Shown here piece after piece: positions 16,012 to 20,224 of a stretch of DNA of 20,224 bases. The notes under the pieces were generated by a model that saw only the letters and a list, made by a program, of their open reading frames with translations, did not search any database and was not told the origin of the DNA. The translations under genes were made by a program, and so were the position numbers. Position 1 is the first letter of the stretch. Each line of letters begins with the position of its first letter. Source of the DNA: a virus (lineage: Duplodnaviria; Heunggongvirae; Uroviricota; Caudoviricetes); the IMG/VR virus record IMGVR_UViG_2579778929_000009, one strand, 5' to 3'.

Positions 16012-16974
16012 TCACCCCCTGAATCCCGGCGGTATTTCAGTGTCCGGTTCAGAAATGTGATTCACGCAACGCTGCGCAGGCAAACGCCCCAGGCGGATAA
16101 CCAGTTCATCCCATTTTTCCCGGAGTTTTGCCGGACTCATGATGTTTTTTACCCAGAACGAATCCCGCTGGAGACGCCCAAACATTTCACAAATTTGTCT
16201 GTGAGTTCTGCCATCCAGCATCCGCATTGTGCGAACGTCATTGGCCCATGCTGTCCAGTTGGGTTCTTTCGGTCTAGTGATCTCGCCATCATAGCTGGCC
16301 GCCTGCTCGTAAAGACTCACGATTCGTCCCCAGATCCACTGTGCGCACACCAAATCTTCCTGACTTCCCCACTGGCGTTTTTTCGCACTGAACACAACCG
16401 CGTCAGGGTGTCGGGTTAAAAAATCCTGTTCAGCCGTCTGCGGGTCCGGTTGCGAAGCGTCCGGACAAGAAGATCTTTTATCTGACGGATCAGGTTTTAA
16501 TACTGACGGATCGGGGTCAATCATCGGCCCCCTAATCGGCAGTTTTTTATCAACAGTTGATCCATCAAAATTTGACGGGTCAACCGTTGAGGGGTCAATA
16601 TTTGACGGGTCAACTGTTAACGGGTCATTTTTTGCCGGGCTAATTTTTCTTTTCGGTTTATATGACTCACGCGCCGCCGCCGCAGCTGCTTCGAGTTTTT
16701 CCACATTAAGCCGATAGATATTGCTTACATTACGCCCACCGACCTTACGCTCTTCCTTCGTCAGCCAGCCCTCTTTCGCCAGTTCTGCAATAGCCGATTT
16801 CACTGTGGATTCACTTCTTGCACCGATCTGACGCCGGATAGTTTCAATGGCAGGCCATGACACGCCCTCGTCATTGCTGTAGTCTGCAAGACGGGCCATA
16901 ACCGCCACCCTGGATAAGATCATGCCGGTGAAGGCGCACCCTTCCCAGACAAGACCATGAAGCTTGCTGCTCAT
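16012..16974 (-). CDS. Replication initiator (lambda O-like, YdaU-type) containing origin iterons
   Basis: N-terminal HTH-like region (ARLADYSNDEGVSWPAIETIRRQIGARSESTVKSAIAELAKEGWL). Central repeated peptide DPSNIDPSTVDPSNFDGSTVD is encoded by the iteron DNA. ATG at 16974; the six-frame ORF starts at a GTG at 16989. Confidence 0.7.
   Translation of the reverse strand: MSSKLHGLVWEGCAFTGMILSRVAVMARLADYSNDEGVSWPAIETIRRQIGARSESTVKSAIAELAKEGWLTKEERKVGGRNVSNIYRLNVEKLEAAAAAARESYKPKRKISPAKNDPLTVDPSNIDPSTVDPSNFDGSTVDKKLPIRGPMIDPDPSVLKPDPSDKRSSCPDASQPDPQTAEQDFLTRHPDAVVFSAKKRQWGSQEDLVCAQWIWGRIVSLYEQAASYDGEITRPKEPNWTAWANDVRTMRMLDGRTHRQICEMFGRLQRDSFWVKNIMSPAKLREKWDELVIRLGRLPAQRCVNHISEPDTEIPPGFRG
16483..16640. 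repeat. Iteron-like direct repeats (candidate replication origin) inside the initiator gene
   Basis: Several copies of TGACGG(A/G)TCA-like units, including two long near-identical units tttgacgggtcaaccgttgaggggtcaata and tttgacgggtcaactgttaacgggtcat, followed by an A/T-rich stretch. Confidence 0.55.
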
Positions 16975-16996
16975 AAACCCCCCGAACACCGTGCTT

Positions 16997-17422
16997 TTAG
17001 TGCATCACCACAGCATTCCCTGCCGGGCCGCCGCGATTCATCTGGTCATACAAAACAACCGCTGACGCAACAAAATCATCGACATCCTTCCCCAGCCGAT
17101 CCCTCCGTTCGACGATCTCACGGTAATATTCAGAACTGTGGCTGCGCATACGGGCCACCAGCAAAGGCGGCATCGCCTTTTCGATCGCCGGTAACAGAGC
17201 CTGCATTTTTTCAACAGCATCAGGGGTGTCTTTATCCAGCCAACGGAAAATTTTCTGGGTATTACGGGCCAGGGCTTCCGGATGGCTGTCGTCATACAGT
17301 TCCGGGAACGTCATTCCCAGCTCGAAATACGCTTTGGTAATTTTCGCAGCCGGCACTTTTTCGCCGTCCGGATGCGCCCAGACATTCATCGCCATGCGGA
17401 TGTGTTCATGCTTGATTTTCAT
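16997..17422 (-). CDS. YdaT-like protein (CII-position gene of Rac-type immunity regions)
   Basis: 141 aa. The N-terminus MKIKHEHI matches my recollection of Rac YdaT. It follows the Cro-like gene. Confidence 0.65.
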   Translation of the reverse strand: MKIKHEHIRMAMNVWAHPDGEKVPAAKITKAYFELGMTFPELYDDSHPEALARNTQKIFRWLDKDTPDAVEKMQALLPAIEKAMPPLLVARMRSHSSEYYREIVERRDRLGKDVDDFVASAVVLYDQMNRGGPAGNAVVMH

Positions 17423-17687
17423 GAATCAAGCTCCTAGAAAGTGGTTGTGTTAACGTTTTGGTATCTTCCAGCTCGGGCCAAATATTCATCCAATCAAAAG
17501 GCCTTAGTTGCTGACGTGTAACTTCACCATTACTGGCTCGCTCAATAAGGACACATAACGATGCCCCTAACACTTGACCTTTACTCAATGCCTTTCTTAG
17601 ATAACCGATGCTGGTACCACACTCGCATGCAAACATACGCTGTTCATCTGACGAAAGAGAATTGAGAAATATTCTTAATTCTTCCAT
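17406..17687 (-). CDS. Cro-like HTH regulator (YdaS/DicC family)
   Basis: 93 aa. HTH CGTSIGYLRKALSKG; the C-terminal ERASNGEVTRQQLRPFDW resembles YdaS ERATRGEVLCEELRPDIDW (from memory). Perfect AAGGAG Shine-Dalgarno. Divergent from the repressor gene. Confidence 0.7.
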   Translation of the reverse strand: MEELRIFLNSLSSDEQRMFACECGTSIGYLRKALSKGQVLGASLCVLIERASNGEVTRQQLRPFDWMNIWPELEDTKTLTQPLSRSLIHENQA

Positions 17688-17787
17688 AGCTACTCCTTAG
17701 TAAACACAGCAAAGAATACCCACAGGTAAACAAAAGTCAATACCCACAGGTTGTTTACCTTGCGGTAATCGCATCTATTATTTACCT
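17688..17787. promoter_or_regulatory. Divergent immunity-region control region (OR-like) with operator half-palindromes and promoters
   Basis: Two TACC-N4-GGTA-type sites, tacccacaggta (17717-17728) and tacccacaggtt (17741-17752), 24 bp apart. Minus-strand promoter: TTGACT then TATTCT upstream of the Cro-like gene. Plus-strand TATTAT -10 ends about 7 nt before the repressor ATG, implying a leaderless or near-leaderless mRNA. Confidence 0.5.
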
Positions 17788-18207
17788 ATGGACAAATATG
17801 AATTTAGACGACAGCAACTCATCAAAATTCGTGATGAGAAATGCGATGGTAAAGCGGTTAACGTGGCCAGAAAGATCGGGCGCGAGCCTTCTTATGTATC
17901 AAGAATGTTGTACCCAGAGGGGAAAAAGGGAAAAAAACGGATCGCTGATGATATGGTGGAGATTATCGAAGAGTCCTTTGGGTTACCCCGGGGATGGATG
18001 GATGGTATCGTTTCATCATCAACGAACACAGCCTCCAGTTATGAAACAAGGGTTCTAACGCCACGACAACGTATTTTTTTAGATCTCTTAGACGAACTGC
18101 CAGAAAGTGAAGCGGATAAATTATTAAAAACTCTTGAAGAGAAAAAACAGTATTACAATATGATCTACGAAGAAATCCGTAAAAAGAAAGCACAAAACGC
18201 ATCATAG
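17788..18207 (+). CDS. Prophage repressor, DicA-like C-terminal domain with an N-terminal HTH
   Basis: 139 aa. HTH GKAVNVARKIGREPSYVSRMLY. The C-terminal LTPRQRIFLDLLDELPESEADKLLKTLEEKK resembles DicA …LSPKELELLELFNALPESEQDTQLAEMRARV (from memory). No Shine-Dalgarno upstream of the ATG. Confidence 0.65.
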   Translation: MDKYEFRRQQLIKIRDEKCDGKAVNVARKIGREPSYVSRMLYPEGKKGKKRIADDMVEIIEESFGLPRGWMDGIVSSSTNTASSYETRVLTPRQRIFLDLLDELPESEADKLLKTLEEKKQYYNMIYEEIRKKKAQNAS

Positions 18208-18249
18208 CTCACCAAACAACTAGTCACCAGTTAAGACACCGCAAAAATT

Positions 18250-18290
18250 TACCCATGGGTATTTACTTTTTAAATACCTATGGGTATCCT
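18250..18290 (+). promoter_or_regulatory. OL-like operator pair and candidate pL-like promoter downstream of the repressor gene
   Basis: Perfect palindrome tacccatgggta (18250-18261) and tacctatgggta (18275-18286), 25 bp apart, bracketing a candidate promoter (TTTACT, 17 nt spacer, TATCCT) oriented toward the ydfA-like to dicB genes. Confidence 0.45.
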
Positions 18291-18472
18291 TCTTTTCATA
18301 CCAACCCACCCCGCCCCACAGAATGCAGGGCAATACTTCGAGTTACCAGGCAGTGGTCAGGGGTTAAGTAGCCAGCCCGAGGCGTAAGAACATGACGGCA
18401 GGGTTCAACTTTAATAACTATGCAGCAGGTTTTTGTTCCGCTACCCCGGCGTTAAGGGGAAATGAGGTCAAC

Positions 18473-18625
18473 ATGGATATGCTCAATCTTGGCAACAACG
18501 AATCTCTGGTATGTGGCGTGTTCCCCAACCAGGACGGCACGTTTACCGCGATGACGTATACCAGAAGCAAAACGTTTAAAACTGAAGCTGGCGCGCGTCG
18601 CTGGTTAACCAGAAACACTGACTGA
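18473..18625 (+). CDS. DUF1391 small protein (YdfA/YdaF-like)
   Basis: 50 aa from the internal Met (MDMLNLGNNESLVCGVFPNQDGTFTAMTYTRSKTFKTEAGARRWLTRNTD) with a GAGGT Shine-Dalgarno; resembles YdfA/YdaF as I recall them. The six-frame ORF extends upstream to 18392. Confidence 0.65.
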   Translation: MDMLNLGNNESLVCGVFPNQDGTFTAMTYTRSKTFKTEAGARRWLTRNTD

Positions 18626-18636
18626 TGAGGTTGACG

Positions 18637-19038
18637 ATGGAATTTAAAGATTTACCAGTACCATTCCAGGAAATGGCATCGAATGTGGTTCGCTCTCAAC
18701 TGGCGACTCTTGACCTGAGTACCGTAGAAAAAGAAACCATCGATACTATATCCGGTAACGTGCGTCGTGCCTTTATAGGTCTGTATGAAGAGAAGCGCCT
18801 ATTCGGCGGACAGAATTCGCCTGAAAACAAGAATCAAGCAAATGATGAGAAGCTGAAACACATTATCGCCTTACTTTTGGAAGACGCAAAACGTCTACAG
18901 CAACTGGAACCAAATGCAGGCACAGAGGCCCGCATTTGGATTGCCATGAAATCACTCAAATGTGAAAGCAGTGATTATTTCAAAACAACAATTAAAACTA
19001 CTCAACTTTCGGGAGAGCTACTGAAGAAATTGCCATAA
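18637..19038 (+). CDS. Hypothetical protein (133 aa) in the pL-like operon
   Basis: Start at the second Met with a GAGG Shine-Dalgarno 6 nt upstream (MEFKDLPVPFQEM…); an alternative ATG at 18625 overlaps the stop of the previous gene. No family recognised. Confidence 0.5.
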   Translation: MEFKDLPVPFQEMASNVVRSQLATLDLSTVEKETIDTISGNVRRAFIGLYEEKRLFGGQNSPENKNQANDEKLKHIIALLLEDAKRLQQLEPNAGTEARIWIAMKSLKCESSDYFKTTIKTTQLSGELLKKLP

Positions 19039-19276
19039 GAGCATGGTCTTTCTCTTGTTCTGCAAGATGAGCATTAATACCTGGTATGGTTTTTTCAAAT
19101 TTATCTATCTGTTGAATAACAACTTCGCGGTATACGTTTGTTTTTGTACCACCAAGCGCAGCCGTTAATGCAGAAAGCATATTTAGTATCATATCAGTGC
19201 GATATGAAAGAATCCTGATAGCTTCATCTTGTTTTTCAATAATAGATTGCAGGGCCTCAATTTGCTTTTTATCCAT
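18998..19276 (-). CDS. Hypothetical protein (92 aa), antisense to the pL-like operon direction
   Basis: ATG at 19276 preceded by a perfect AGGAGG Shine-Dalgarno (caaccctcAGGAGGgtgaaATG). Coiled-coil-like sequence (MDKKQIEALQSIIEKQDEAIRILSYRTDMILNML…). Its 3' end overlaps the convergent 18637-19038 ORF by 41 nt. The six-frame ORF start at 19315 is a GTG. Confidence 0.4.
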   Translation of the reverse strand: MDKKQIEALQSIIEKQDEAIRILSYRTDMILNMLSALTAALGGTKTNVYREVVIQQIDKFEKTIPGINAHLAEQEKDHALMAISSVALPKVE

Positions 19277-19608
19277 TTCACCCTCCTGAGGGTTGGTAAT
19301 TAAGGAGTTCTCCACGGGTCAGGTGGAGTGCGTGCGCCGGACACGGGTGAACATCCGGCACTGACAGTTTACTGAAAGGATATGTCCCTGAAAAGTCAGG
19401 GCATAACGCGAAAGCGCACGGCGAAATTGGTCTCTCTGTACGGTGTCGTTAAATTTAGTTCGACCGTGCGCTTCCGGTTGTGGCAATCCGCGAAATGGTG
19501 CGGCGGTAAGTATGGCGGGGTTATTCCTTCCCCCGTTGAGGACACCGGGTTGTCAGGTTGACCATACGCTTAAGTGACAACCCCGCTGCAACGCCCTCTG
19601 TTATCAAT

Positions 19609-19661
19609 TTTCTGGTGACGTTTGGCGGTATCAGTTTTACTCCGTGACTGCTCTGCCGCCC
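19609..19661 (+). ncRNA. dicF: DicF small regulatory RNA
   Basis: The 53 nt TTTCTGGTGACGTTTGGCGGTATCAGTTTTACTCCGTGACTGCTCTGCCGCCC matches the DicF sequence as I recall it exactly, is followed by TTTTT, and sits just upstream of dicB as in Qin. Confidence 0.85.
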
Positions 19662-19835
19662 TTTTTAAAGTGAATTTTGTGATGTGGTGAATGCGGCTGA
19701 GCGCACGCGGAACAGTTAAAACCAAAAACAGTGTTATGGGTGGATTCTCTGTATCCGGCGTTAATTGTTAACTGGTTAACGTCACCTGGAGGCACCAGGC
19801 ACCGCATCACAAAATTCATTGTTGAGGACGCGATA

Positions 19836-20024
19836 ATGGAAACGTTATTACCAAACGTTAATACGTCTGAAGGTTGTTTTGAAATTGGTGTCACTATCAG
19901 TAACCCAGTATTTACTGAAGATGCCATTAACAAGAGAAAACACGAACGGGAGCTATTAAATAAAATATGCATTCTTTCAATGCTGGCCCGTTTACGTCCG
20001 ATACAAAAAGGATGCTGGCAATGA
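19836..20024 (+). CDS. dicB: Cell division inhibitor DicB
   Basis: 62 aa METLLPNVNTSEGCFEIGVTISNPVFTEDAINKRKHERELLNKICILSMLARLRPIQKGCWQ, near-identical to the DicB sequence I recall; GAGGA Shine-Dalgarno; downstream of dicF. Confidence 0.8.
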   Translation: METLLPNVNTSEGCFEIGVTISNPVFTEDAINKRKHERELLNKICILSMLARLRPIQKGCWQ

Positions 20025-20224
20025 ATACAGCATTTGCACTTGTTCTGACAGTTTTTCTTGTTTCCGGAGAGCCAGTTGATATTGCAGTCAGTGTTCACAG
20101 GACAATGCAGGAGTGTGTGATGATCTCATATCAGGAACTTGTTCGCACCTTCCTTACCCGGTCGATAAAGTTATTCACCAGGATAATAACGAAATCCCGG
20201 CAGGTCTTTAAAACAGTTCCGTAA
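20021..20224 (+). CDS. YdfD-like small protein (phage lysis-associated, DUF1482-type), coupled to dicB
   Basis: 67 aa. The ATG overlaps the dicB stop (ATGA). Hydrophobic N-terminus MNTAFALVLTVFLVSG. Its position after dicB corresponds to ydfD in Qin. The ORF ends at the window edge with TAA. Confidence 0.55.
   Translation: MNTAFALVLTVFLVSGEPVDIAVSVHRTMQECVMISYQELVRTFLTRSIKLFTRIITKSRQVFKTVP

Noticed and set aside
15369-17340. Multiple short ORFs on either strand within the DnaC-like, initiator and YdaT-like genes
   Set aside because: Shadow ORFs inside well-supported genes.
19320-19608. Structured GC-rich region considered as tmRNA, RNase P RNA or retron msr/msd
   Set aside because: No match to the tmRNA or RNase P sequences I can recall, and no reverse transcriptase gene follows. 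It is more simply explained as the leader/processing region of the dicF-dicB transcript.
19637-20098. Minus-strand 153 aa ORF
   Set aside because: It overlaps DicF and dicB, both confidently identified on the plus strand, and has an unusual Cys/His-rich low-complexity translation.

Overview
This 20.2 kb window is a slice of a mosaic lambdoid prophage (Escherichia/Shigella type), with most genes on the minus strand. From right to left it reads: a dicF-dicB-ydfD operon (plus strand); a DicA-like repressor divergent from Cro-like/YdaT-like genes; an O-like initiator with internal iterons and a DnaC-like loader; two unknown genes; an AT-rich ~3.9 kb accessory island encoding an AAA+ ATPase and an S8 subtilisin-like protease (ietAS-like architecture, candidate anti-phage defence); a nin-like module (DUF968/HNH protein, RusA); a Q-like antiterminator; a DNA methyltransferase; three rare-codon tRNAs (ileZ-argN-argO arrangement as in Stx phages); a ~1 kb non-coding stretch with two paralogous ~220 bp hairpin-rich modules where Stx phages carry stxAB; a NanS-p-like esterase; and a pinholin/SAR-endolysin lysis cassette with no spanin gene. 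The left edge is the right-hand part of an IS629-like (IS3 family) element. All identifications rest on motifs and on sequences recalled from memory; no database search was run.
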